Shown in pieces: positions 37,249 through 48,962 of a stretch of 64,000 nucleotides of DNA. The notes beneath the pieces are model-generated. The model did not search any database and had not been told where the DNA came from. It was given only the letters and a program-made list of their open reading frames with translations. Every line of letters starts with the position of its first letter. Within the stretch, counting starts at the first letter, position 1. Source of the stretch: Dimorphilus gyrociliatus (Eukaryota > Animalia > Annelida). The DNA lies in contig CAJFCJ010000019.1 of assembly GCA_904063045.1 (NCBI GenBank), forward strand, positions 186,001 through 250,000, written 5' to 3'. A program made the position numbers and the translations under genes.

Positions 37249-39874
37249 TCAGGCGCTTGAATCACTGCCAATTATAGTTCGTTTGCCCACTTGATGTAAA
37301 TTATTTACTGTGGTAGACAATAGTTCAATGTCATTGCTTTTCTTTTTATCTATACAAAGGCATTGAGTTGAGAGTGCGGCAATAATTGGCGCTTCCTGGC
37401 CCCGACTTGCAGCATCGACGATTTCTGAGGAGACCGCGCTGTGAAGGGGACAGAGGGAATGAGAAGTTGACGTCATTGATCTTGCCCTAGGTCGTCCGCC
37501 ATTTGCAACTGGTTTCTAAAATGAAGTTTATTTAAGTGCTTTTTCTTAAAAAGAATTAAGTTACTTACTGATTGTTTGTGTTGTGAGGATGGAGTATGAG
37601 GAGCGGAGGCAACTCGATCAGTTAAAAACTTTTGCATATCTTCCTGCGAAAGGTTTGTTAACCCTGGGTCAGTTATATTACGAGCAGGTGGCCGATTTGG
37701 AGTTGTTAATGGTTTACTACTGGCTGTCATAAATTCAGTTGGTTTTGAACGTTGCACACTCATCTTGGCTGGTTGAAGTGATGACGGTTCATTAAAATAA
37801 CTATGAACATGAGAAGTATGCTGAGGAGTAGGTAGACGATTAGCTAATTCTTGTTCGGCTTCATTACATTCTTTCAATGCTTGATTCATTTGCTGTCTTT
37901 CATATTGAACATGCTGTAATCTCTGTAATACCGTTTGTTTGTCTATTGGTCCCGTAGTTTTTAAATCTAAACGATGAGGTGACTGCTTGTAAACTACCAG
38001 ATCTTTGTCAGGTGGAAAAAGGGTTCTCTGCGCCGGATTCATATTTTGACGAACTGGAGTTGGTTGATAAGTGTTTCCAATAACAAAATTATTATTTTCA
38101 TTCTGAACTTGATTTGGCGGTAACCTATTTTGGCGAGGTAGAGTAGTGGCAAAAGCATTTGTAGGACTATTTATAGGATAATAATTCAGTGGGGCGCTTT
38201 GGTTTGACTGATTACTGTTCGTTCGTGAAGGAGAACCCGACCAGGGCATTGCTGTTGGACTACAGGTCCACCGAAGTCCCCTTTCATATAGTGGTGATTT
38301 AAAGCGATCTTCGTCTGGGGGACCATTAATCATTATTTCTCTTTCCTTTTCTTCTGTAAAAATATTCAAAAATATATACTTCTCTTTTACTTAATGTAAA
38401 GAAAAATTGCTTACCATCTCGAGCAGAATCACTTGCAATACCGGATGTTGTTGCACTTGATGCCGAAGACTTACGCGACACGTAAGAGGTGGGTGCGACA
38501 AGAGCTTCCCTGTATGCCTTTCTGTTATCATCGTTTTCCGACAAGTGCTTTAAAGCAGCAAGGCGAGGGGCAAACATTCTTTTTGCTTTGTGCGTGTCTT
38601 CGCACAATTTTAACAATTTTAGAGCTCGTAATTCTGAGAAAGCATCGTATGAGAATTTTCTTTCCGATTTGCCACCAGCAACAGAAATTTGAAATTTCTT
38701 TTTCTTTAATAAATAAATCGTAATTACCGTTATTAATGAAAAAAAAATAAATTAAATTTACCTTGCAGTGCAATTTCGTAATATCTTCCCAGTTTAAATG
38801 AGAAACATAGCTTTTCCATCCGTTTATTTGCTCATAAAAAGATATTCCACTTGGTGTAACTCCCAACCAAACTTTATCATCATCCACTTTTCGTTTTCTG
38901 TCCTTGTCTGTGGTATTCTTTGATTGGACGGCGTAAAGGTGAAGGTTGTGCGCTGTTGGAATTTCAGATGCATCGCTGATGAAGCGATAATGAGCGCGAC
39001 TGGCGCTTAAGCCGTTTAAATCTCCGTGAATATTTGGTAATTCACGTTGTATATAGGCTGTCCCGCGACTATGCACAACCCATGCAGGGAAATATTCTCG
39101 AGGGTCGAAGGTCATTTCGGCCGTACTGTTTCCAAGATCGGCTTGTAAAGCATGAGCGGCGAGAATAAAGCATTTTTCTTCTGTTACTCTCTGAGAATAA
39201 TTTACTAGATTATCCTTTAATTGTTCATAGTACAATTGCCTGGTGATCTTCTCTCTAAACATATAAAATTTCCTTACTAATCGAACAAGCCCGTGCATGC
39301 TAGCATGGAAATTAAAAATATACTAACCTTAGTAAAGCTACATTTTCAACATAAAATTTTACGCGAAAGTAGAGCACAAAGGAAATTCCATTCTGTGAAC
39401 TTGTCTAAGGGAAAGAAAAAAAATCAGTTTTCAAAACCTGCATACCTATCATTGTTAAGACGTAATATTACGTAATAGAAGCACATAGTTTTGACCTATG
39501 ATTACATCATACAAACCTTTTGGCTTTTAATTAGCCTTTGCACTTTTAAATTCAAATCGACAAAATGAAATTCGTCATCTGTAACAATTTGAATGATTAC
39601 AATTTAGCACTAAAGAAATGACTAAGCTTTTTACCGATAAGTTGAGCCAAGCCAAAAAATTCAAGTTCATGTAATTTTAAATGGTCACAAACTTCTTGGA
39701 ATATATCTTGACATGTAGATTTCGCCTATTAAACCACAAACAAGGAATTAAATACAAAAATTATACTAATATACAAAAAAATACCTCAGTTGATATAGTA
39801 AGATTATTGCCATTGAGAAGGCGAACTTGAATGGCTCGGCGGTTTTGAGTGGGTGACAAAACAGATGATTTCAT
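37249..39874 (-). CDS. FRMD6: FERM-domain protein, FRMD6/FRMD1 (Willin/Expanded) family, Hippo pathway
   Basis: Spliced F1 lobe: MKSSVLSPTQNRRAIQVRLLNG (39874-39785), KSTCQDIFQEVCDHLKLHELEFFGLA, FRVKFYVEN. F2 lobe: FILAAHALQADLGN..FDPREYFPAWVVHSRGTAYI. After FERM: LKHLSENDDNRKAYRE. These closely follow FRMD6 motifs as I recall them. Confidence 0.82.
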
Positions 39875-40013
39875 CGTCGGAAATCATTTCCACATATCCG
39901 AAGTCTGCAAAAGCACTTTAATAAATAAACCAGGCTCTGAACATCGTAAAAAATAGTTATCAACATTGATCTACACAGGCCAACGCTCGTACAATGACGC
40001 AGCGACAGGCGAA

Positions 40014-40113
40014 AGAATGCCTGGAATGCCACTACTAGCACCAACCTACTTAGGCCTTTGCACTTGCACCTGTCTCGCCTCTTTTTATATTCAACTAACA
40101 CGGCATTCCATTC
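40014..40113. promoter_or_regulatory. TEAD/Scalloped (MCAT) motifs upstream of FRMD6-like: tandem AGAATG-cct-GGAATG (40014-40028) and CATTCCATTC near 40104-40113
   Basis: Direct consensus matches in a GC-enriched island 140-240 nt upstream of the ATG. Confidence 0.5.
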
Positions 40114-42567
40114 ATTACTTTCAAACCGTTTCGAATTAACTGCCGAATTATTTATCACCGAAGTAACATTTATAAACAAGCGATCCTTACCCTATGTGAA
40201 TTTATATTTAGATAAGAAATTTGACCAAATCTGATAAGAGAATGGTGTTTTCGCATCGTCCTATTATATTTTATAGCGATTTATTATCACGCATTTATTA
40301 ATCCAGATTATAAATAGATCTTTAAAGTTGATCTCATATGAAACACATAACATAAGCCGTGTAATAATATTAGTAAATAATAATTGAAAATATTGAATTA
40401 ACGATTAAAAGTGCTAGAATATTTTGTGAACACTAACCGCAAAGGTATTTTAGTTGTAACCCTATTCTCCTCTGAGTACGCCGATTTGTTGTTCGACACG
40501 TATTATCGATCTCTTTCAAGTATGAGAATTCCTAATTCAATCCAATTTAAGGATAAATATTAAGTCCAAAGATACCTATAACTTTCATTCGAAAGCAAGG
40601 GTTAAATAGTTAATAAACCTGTAAATTAGAAAAGAAGTATTCACCTTTTATTCATATAACAATTGACGCTATTGACGTTTTAAAGTGTATAAGCTTTCGG
40701 AGTACAACTGTTTGAATCGTTTTTGTTCAAACGCATCTACAGATAGGGGGAGCCGGAAGCGGTTGTCTGCTTATAATAAAAAAATACATTAATTGCAGCT
40801 GTTACTAATAAAATTCAAACAAATTATATTTATGAACAATTCGTTTAATTTTTTTAGTGGATAAGCACTAAAATGATCAATTATTCTTAGTCATTTTCTA
40901 AAGCAGTAAATAAAACAAAATTTTTTAATTTTTTTCGTTTGATTCCTATAATTCGTTTGCGGCGGCTAATAAACCCATTTCAAACGTCTAATTTAAAGAT
41001 CCCAATCTCACGCTAACATATAATTGTAGGACGAAGAAATCCTTGATAAGTGCAGAGATCAGACATTGAAGGGTCATTGGAAAATTTTATACTCATTCTA
41101 TTTACTACAGGCCTTAGTTGTCTTATGTATTAAGTCATCTGTTAGGTACAATAGTTATGGCTTTTTATAGTATCCTGATCGAATTATCTAATAATAAAAT
41201 AAATAGTGTACCGTAAATGGAAGTTATAGCACATAAAAACAATACTGATAGAAAGTATAATATATTTCGGATATTACTATTATCAATTTACAATAATTGA
41301 AGGAAAAGCAATTTAAAACCATTCATTGAATGGTATATATTTCCGATATTTCTTATCTGAAGAGGTGTAAATTACGGCCGGAAAGTGAAAATTGAAAATA
41401 CTTAGATTTTTTTTTTGGTTTTTATCTTATTTGTTAAGATAGAATGTTATACTATTTATCGGGCAGCGACTTATTTACGTAATAATTGGGTGTCTATACT
41501 GTATATAGCTATAATCAGAAATTTTCTTCTTGCTTTTTATTTTTTGTAATTTTATCTTTGTGTTATCTATTAGATATCATTGAAGCATATTTTCTAATTA
41601 TCTATTTAAATGGAAGTTAATTAAAACAAAGCAAAATATGAAGTCCTACAATTTTTTTACCAGTATCATTATGAACAGTAAACAAGAACAAGTTTATTCG
41701 CTAGGTGGCACTATTTTTCATATCTGTAGTTTCTATAAAGAAAAGTATTAAAATGTAATAAAAAAAAAGCCAAAAGGTAGCCTTAATTACGTATTTAAAT
41801 TGAAAAGAAATATATGATTGATTAGTGTTGCCCTTTAACCTTTATATATATATATACAAATATTTGCATATTGCATAACTTAACTTTATTACAAAAAAAG
41901 TTAAGGAGTTTAAATACTGATATTTAAGTCATTTTGCTAAATGTAAAAGTTAATAGTGTCTTCACTTTTAACCTTTAAACAAAGATTCAGTCATTGAATT
42001 CTAATTCAATCATTTATTATATAATTTCCTCTAAAGTAGATACACTTTCCATATACATTTTATTCTAGATTTTAACCAAAGCAGAAAGCAGCCAGTAGAT
42101 TTCTAATGAAAATCGCATATTGAAATTCATCGCCTTTCAATTGTTTAGGCCAAAACACCATTAAATTGAAGTGAATGTCGTAATATACTTTTTGGCACTC
42201 TAAAAATCTTTTTAAGCCAGTTAATTTCAACACAACTAAAATTTGATCTACTCCATTCAAGTCATTTTCGCCTATCTCCAGCCTACTCGCGAGTAATTGT
42301 ATTCATTTCTAAAGAAGTAACATTTATCATGAAGAAGTCGATTCAAACGATCTATAGGCAGATAGGTATCATTCTTAAATGTAGTTAAAGCGAACAACAC
42401 TATTTCTCTCTTTCGCCAGGTACGGAATGGTGTCGTTTACAATTTCTTTCCCTTTATTATACTATTAACTTGAAGGATTGTTTCTTTTTTACAGTTTCTA
42501 TCAATGGACTATAGAGAATATTAAACTAACTATTCTTTAATGAAATTTACTGAAAAAATATTCCACT

Positions 42568-43092
42568 ATGGATAAAATATCGATATTTTTAATATCTCTT
42601 TGTTTCTATCAATTTAAATCTGAAATATTGCTCCCAAAACCGTTTGTTTCCTCTTTTTTGTTCCTTTTATATATACTTATTAGTTCTGTTTCTATTACAT
42701 TTTTAGGAGTCATGTAATAATAGCTTCGAAATTTATTAGACCCGACATGACCTATAGAATGACGGTTGAAATATTTGAATCAATGTATGAAAAATTTAAA
42801 TTAGCCGCTTCGATTTCAAATGGCCAATCGGAAATTGCATCATCGTCTATTACCGCTTCTAGAAATAGTTTTACAACACTAGAAATGAAAATTCCAAGAT
42901 CTACTGTAAATGGAAATTATACATTAAGATTAAAGTCTTATACGATAGATTATTCAACATTATTGTTTGAAAATATTACGGAATTAACATTCCAATCAAA
43001 ATATATTTCATTATTTGTTCAAACTGACAAGGTTATATATGGAATAGCTCAGAAAAGTATGTATACATTTTCTTCTTATTATATATACTGTA

Positions 43093-43123
<31 letters not shown>

Positions 43124-46100
43124 ATTTAGATTAATAGCATTAGAAATACAAGGGATTTCATTTACTTTCGTATGCTATAAAATCATTATATCTATTATCA
43201 TTAATAGATTGTAGAAAATTCCTTCTGTAAAGATCTTTTAAAGATAGGCAATCAATCATTTGATTGGCTGAATTATTGAATGTTGTATAAAGAAGAAAAT
43301 TTGTGCAAGATTGGTCTTAAAGGACGCTAACTGGCTTTATCTTTTTTTTCCCCTTTACTAATAGTGAATTTTAGAATATTTGCCATAAAACCTAACCTTG
43401 AGCCTGTGGATGAGGGCCAGATTACAATTTACCTGGTCAATCCTAAAGGTATAAAAGTTCATAGAATAAAGGAAAAAATGCTTCGCAATGGTCTGTTATT
43501 ACTTTCTATTAGATGAATTGTTCAATTTAATTTAAATAAACTTTTATTATACAGGCATATATGAAGGTTCTTATTTTTTACCGTATCCCAGAGTGTACGG
43601 ATGGTGGAAATTCGAAATAGACGGCTTTGTTGAGTCATCTTGCATAATTCTTAACGCATTGTTAAATAATTATATGTTTATGTTCTTTTAGGGTACTACT
43701 TATGAGCACAAGTTCTATAACTACGAATATTGTAAGTGACCATTCATTATAAAGAGAAAAATAACAACAATTTTATTTAACGATTAGATCAGCTAATGTT
43801 GGAAGTCAACGTTACAATGCCCCACTATGTCATGGAAAATGAGTTTGGGGTCTATGGGGTACTAACAGCTAAGTAAAGAATTCCACGAGTCAGCACATTT
43901 CAAAATTGATGAAAAAGATAACATTTTTTTAATATAGCTGGACAAAGGGTTACCCCGTTAAAGGTTCTGCAGACTTAGATATAGAAATATTTAAAGATGG
44001 CGGGCAGAATGATATTGGATCATTTAGAAAGCATATACCATACGTAAGTTTTCTTCACTGTGTTATATAATGAAACAATCCATTTACCAGCTGACTGGAA
44101 GCGATTGATTGCAAGCCACTTTAATTACTTAATTAGTTGTAATCAACTATTGTTATCTATCAGTTTTTTTTATTTTTAAACAAACTTTCAGTTTGAAGGA
44201 GTGACAAGCTTTTTAATTACAATGGAAGAATTAAAAGAGGCTGTTAAACTTTCTAAAATTGATGGGTTGAAAAATTGTCGTATTGTTGTTACGGCAACTG
44301 TCAATGATCAAATTTACGTAAATATACCAACAAAGGGAAAAGCTACAACTATAATATTTGAAGATTTGATAAAACTTAGGTTTTTATTACTATTTCTTTA
44401 CAGAAATAATAATAATCTTTGATTTTCCAGATTTCTTGGCGGTGATATTAGAACTTTTAAACCTGGGAAAAATATGGATATTTATGTATATTGAACATAT
44501 TATTTTTATTCCTAAGGAAAGGAAAACTAATTTTTCACTTTTTTTCACTTTTTAAATTAGATTGCAGTTTCGCAGTCTGATAACAAACCTTATTCCCTAA
44601 ACATAAATAGAGCTGTACGCATTCAAACTAATGCAAAAAAACAAAACTCTAAAGCATCAGAAGAAAAGACAGCTTTAGTTTTAATTGGTGATGACGGTAT
44701 TGCACGTTATTCATTCGTACCAGACGACGACGACCTTCAATTAACTATTTCGGTATTACTTTGTAGTCTTTATTAATTTAAACTATGAATCTTTTCTTAA
44801 AGGTCTCACATTTTCGTGGTAACTCGATAAAAATGGTCGCCTATCGGGAATATTCTGAGATCAATCATTATTTGTCTGTTACTACTAGTACTGTAAATCC
44901 AAGGGTAGATAATTACATAGTATTCACTGTACGAAGCACAATACTTATAGCTACTGTAAAATATCTGGTGATATCTCAATTTTTTGATAAATGATATCAT
45001 TTCTAAACATTTTTTTGTCCCCCTGAAGATAATTTCGAAAGGGAATATTCTCGTTGTAAATGAACTACCTATGAATTGTCAACAAAAAACGTTTTCAGTT
45101 GCTATTTCCAGAGATATGATTCCTAATGCTCATATTCTCGTCTATGGTTTATTAAACGATAGGAGGATATTGGCCGATTCTTTAACTTTTCATGTTGATG
45201 GTATAAGAAATACTAAGAAATCTGTATGATTCAAACATTATTTTGCTTCTTACTATTGTGAATATTAATAGTAATTGATTAATTAAATTAAACACAGATT
45301 GAACTAAAAGTTAACAAGGGCAAAGACTTTAGCCATAATACTGTGGAAGTTGTTGTAAAAGGAGATCGTAGCTCTATCATTGCAATAAATGCTCAGGACT
45401 ATTCAAATTATGTATTCCAGCCGAACTTCTTCACCAAACATAGGGTTGAACAAGAGTTGATGACGTATAATGTAGGAGCAAATTCAACATTAGATCATAC
45501 TTGGTTACGAAATGAAGGTATCAAGGATACTATGCATTACACTGCATCATCTAGTGCGATAGATGCTAATACAACTTTCCAGTTTTTGGGATTGGAAATC
45601 TTTACTGATGCCAGATTGGATAGGTTGCCAAGCATTGATAAATGCAATAGAACACTTGGTTTTTCATCTTGTTTCGATGGTCAGTGCTATGAACTATCTA
45701 CAGCATGCGATGGTGTCTGGAATTGTCACGATGGAGCAGATGAAATGGGTTGTCCTGACCCCACAGAATCAGCAGTTGAGAAATTACAAAACATTGAAAT
45801 GCTCCATCCGGAATTGCTTTATACATATGACGATACTTCTTGGCTTTGGAAATGGAACTTTACGAAACCGGACGGTAGCTCATTTACAATTGCAGAAGTT
45901 CCACATAGACCCACCACATGGTTAGTAAGCGCAATAACAATGAGTAAAGAACACGGACTTGCTTTTGTTGAAGAACCCTTTAGAGTAAGACATATCTCAA
46001 AATAACTTTAAGTTTCATTTAATATGATAAATATTTCGTTTACTAGTTTTCATCAACGAGAAGCTTTTATATTGAGCTAGAGGCTCCTTTACGAGTTGTT

Positions 46101-48599
46101 ACGGGAGAACAAATTGGTTTAAAAGTGACAATTTTCAACTATTGGCACGAACCTCTAGAAGCTTTAATAACATTACATAAATCTGATGTGTTTAAAAGTA
46201 TATCGGTACCGGATGACGGCTTTGTTACTGCATTTTCGGCTAAGTTAGTAGAAGGAATACGTCAAGTTATGGTTAGATTAGAAGCTGGCGAGACAAAAAT
46301 TATTCATTTTCCTATTGTTACTGAAATAATAGGACGGCATATTGTTACTGTTTCGGGTGATAGTTTTGTCGCAAAGCGAACAAGATCTATATCGATAAGA
46401 GTTACAGCACTGGGAATTAATAACCGTTACTTAACCTGTCACTTGGTTGACTTATTAAATCATGGTACATTATCTGTGCCAGATTTTAAGATACCAATTC
46501 AAGAAAGATTTATTTTACCTGAGCAACAACGCCATATTTACGTTCCAGGTACACCTATTGGCGAATTAAAGATTGTTGGCGGAACGACAGGTCCTGAAAC
46601 TTGGGACTCCGCAAGATATCTGAGAATGTCAATTAATACAGGCGCAGGTTATGCAATAAATTTAGCTTTACATGCTCTTTGGATAAACTTTTTCAAAGAC
46701 CAGAACGCCGCCGATAAAGCTAAAGTCTCTGAATCACTTCAAGGTCTAGCAGAAGGTATAACACAATTAATGGTTTACTATGATTATGCCGGAAATGGTA
46801 GAGGTTATTTTGCCATGTGGTTGGATAAAAAACCTAGTTTATTTGTAACACTTAATGGAGTATATGCACTATCTCAATTTTATAAAAATCCTGAATGGAT
46901 TCAACAATTTCTCTTCATAGATTTGAATGTTGTTCATAACGCTACAAGATGGATTTGTGAACAGCAAACTGCAGAAGGAGCTTTTGGCGAAATGCATATA
47001 TCAACAGACGATAGTTTTAGATCAGTTATCACGGATGAAAAGGGCAATTTTTTAAATATAACAATGACAGCTTATACCTTAACTTTATTACACGATATCT
47101 ATCCTGTTCTAAACGATAATAATGTTTCGTCACTTGCGAGCAATGCTATTAATAAGGGATTAAAGTATATTGCTTCTCATTTGGATAAGATTGATGATCC
47201 ATTTTGCATGGCTTTCGTCGCTTATTCTATGAAGTTGCACGATCACTTTAGTACTGAAGCTGCAGTTGGAAAATTTATGAATATGACAAGAATAAGTAGG
47301 CTAAATATAGTTTTCATTTTTTATTTATCACTATGATTATTAATTTAATCTTCATTTAAATTAGAGGGGGGAAGATACTGGTCCAGAGTAGAAATACCAC
47401 AAGTACAAACCGAATTTACGGAATCTATCCCTGCTCTCCTTGGTAGGAGATCTTCAATTGATGATGCTCAATCTATTATAGCTACAGGAGTAGGCCTTCT
47501 GTTGGATATTGCCACAAACGGTACTGAAAGAGACTTGTCAATTTATACGCCCACTGTAAGCTGGCTTCAATCGCGTCGAAGAACATTTTACGGCTGGACG
47601 TCGGGACCTGCAACGTTTTGGGCTCTAAAAGGTCTTATGACCTATGAAAAGGCAGATAAATTTGTTTCCCATCATTATATTAAGGCTGATATAACATTAC
47701 TTGCTGGCGAAAGAAAGTTTCGAATGAATTTCAATGGTTCAAATTGGTATAATGTACAGGGATTTAAGTTTACAGAAAAAGTTTATGGTAATGTGAGAGT
47801 TTTTGCAGAAGGAACAGGCATGTTTCTTATTGAATTACAAACAATGGCGTTTGTTGAATTTGAAGATCAAATTAAAAGATCGAGAAATAGAGTTTTATTA
47901 GAAGCAGATCAAATACGATACTATGGTCGAAATTATTCATCCATAGATATAACAGTTTGCGCACAATGGTTCCGACCTGATTTAACGCCAATTACTGGGC
48001 AAGCTGATATTGAAATTGGTATACCAAGTGGTTATTACGTTTTAAAAGAAATGCTGAACAATTTCACGAATAGCCATCCCCTGATACAAGATAACGATTT
48101 CAGTACATCAACTCAAAAAGCGACGTATTATCTGGACTATGTAAGTTGTTTAAATATATTCTTACACATTCAGCGATATGTTAGCAAATTGATAATTTGA
48201 AATATTATTTGCTTTCTTTAGCTACCGCCAGAGAGAACTTGTGTTATGGTCACTGCTCATAGATATCATCCCGTAGCAAATTTCTCTATTCCTCATAAGC
48301 TGCAAGCATATAATCATTTCGATATGAGTAAATTTATATACTGTATATACTTTTACATTATTATAAAAAATTCCATTTCAGGCAAAAAGAACAAGTCTCT
48401 TTACGATACGCAAACTCTTTCTCAACTGACTATTTGTCAGGCGTTTGGATCTTATCAATGTCCATACTCACCATTCTATAATCGTGCATCAACAACGGCG
48501 AATTTTAGCCTTTACTGTATTCTCTTTGAAGTATTAGTTGTCATTTTCCTATTCCATTCTTGTTCTTTACTTAACCATCGAACTATTATCAAAATATAA
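42568..48599 (+). CDS. Thioester-protein family member, macroglobulin complement-related (Mcr/TEP6, CD109-like) with LDLa domain and C-terminal hydrophobic anchor; many short introns
   Basis: Signal peptide MDKISIFLISLCFY, LFVQTDKVIY, MG domains, LDLa (45643-45753, CFDGQCYELSTACDGVWNCHDGADEMGC), VPHRPTTWLVSAITMSKEHGLA, TED-like helical region, ICQAFGSYQCPY, hydrophobic C-terminus. Confidence 0.85.
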
Positions 48600-48962
48600 T
48601 TTAAAGTGATATGTTGTCGTTTATTTCTTGAAGTGAATAAATGAAAGATTGAGAAAATATATGTTTATATGGAAGAATTGATAAAATTCATAAATGTAGT
48701 ATTTTGAAAATTCGAGTGTACTTGAAAAACTTTTTACGAAGATTTTCCAAGTAATCGGAAGTTGTTGTCTGCTACAGAAATGTGAACGATGAAATTTTGT
48801 GTTGATTATTATTATTAAAATTATATTCTATAATTGTAATAAACTTCCGAAAATAGAATTTATAAATAAACTGAATAATCTTCATAAAAAGCATCGCAAA
48901 CCCCAAATAAACTAAATACTTTTTAATCGACTCAACAATCGTTCTGAACCTTTAATTCGACT

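Noticed and set aside
39258-39298. ORF-track start MHGLVRLVRKFYMF of the FERM gene
   Set aside because: Intronic. The FERM F1 lobe is encoded by upstream exons (FRVKFYVENVALLR|EKITRQ), with start at 39874.
39871-40179. 102-aa minus-strand ORF upstream of the FERM gene
   Set aside because: Different frame from the FERM exon and no domain; better explained as 5'UTR/promoter sequence.
44101-44150. TTGATTGCAA/TTGTAATCAA hairpin in a TEP intron
   Set aside because: Short AT-rich stem, expected by chance, with no miRNA-like geometry.
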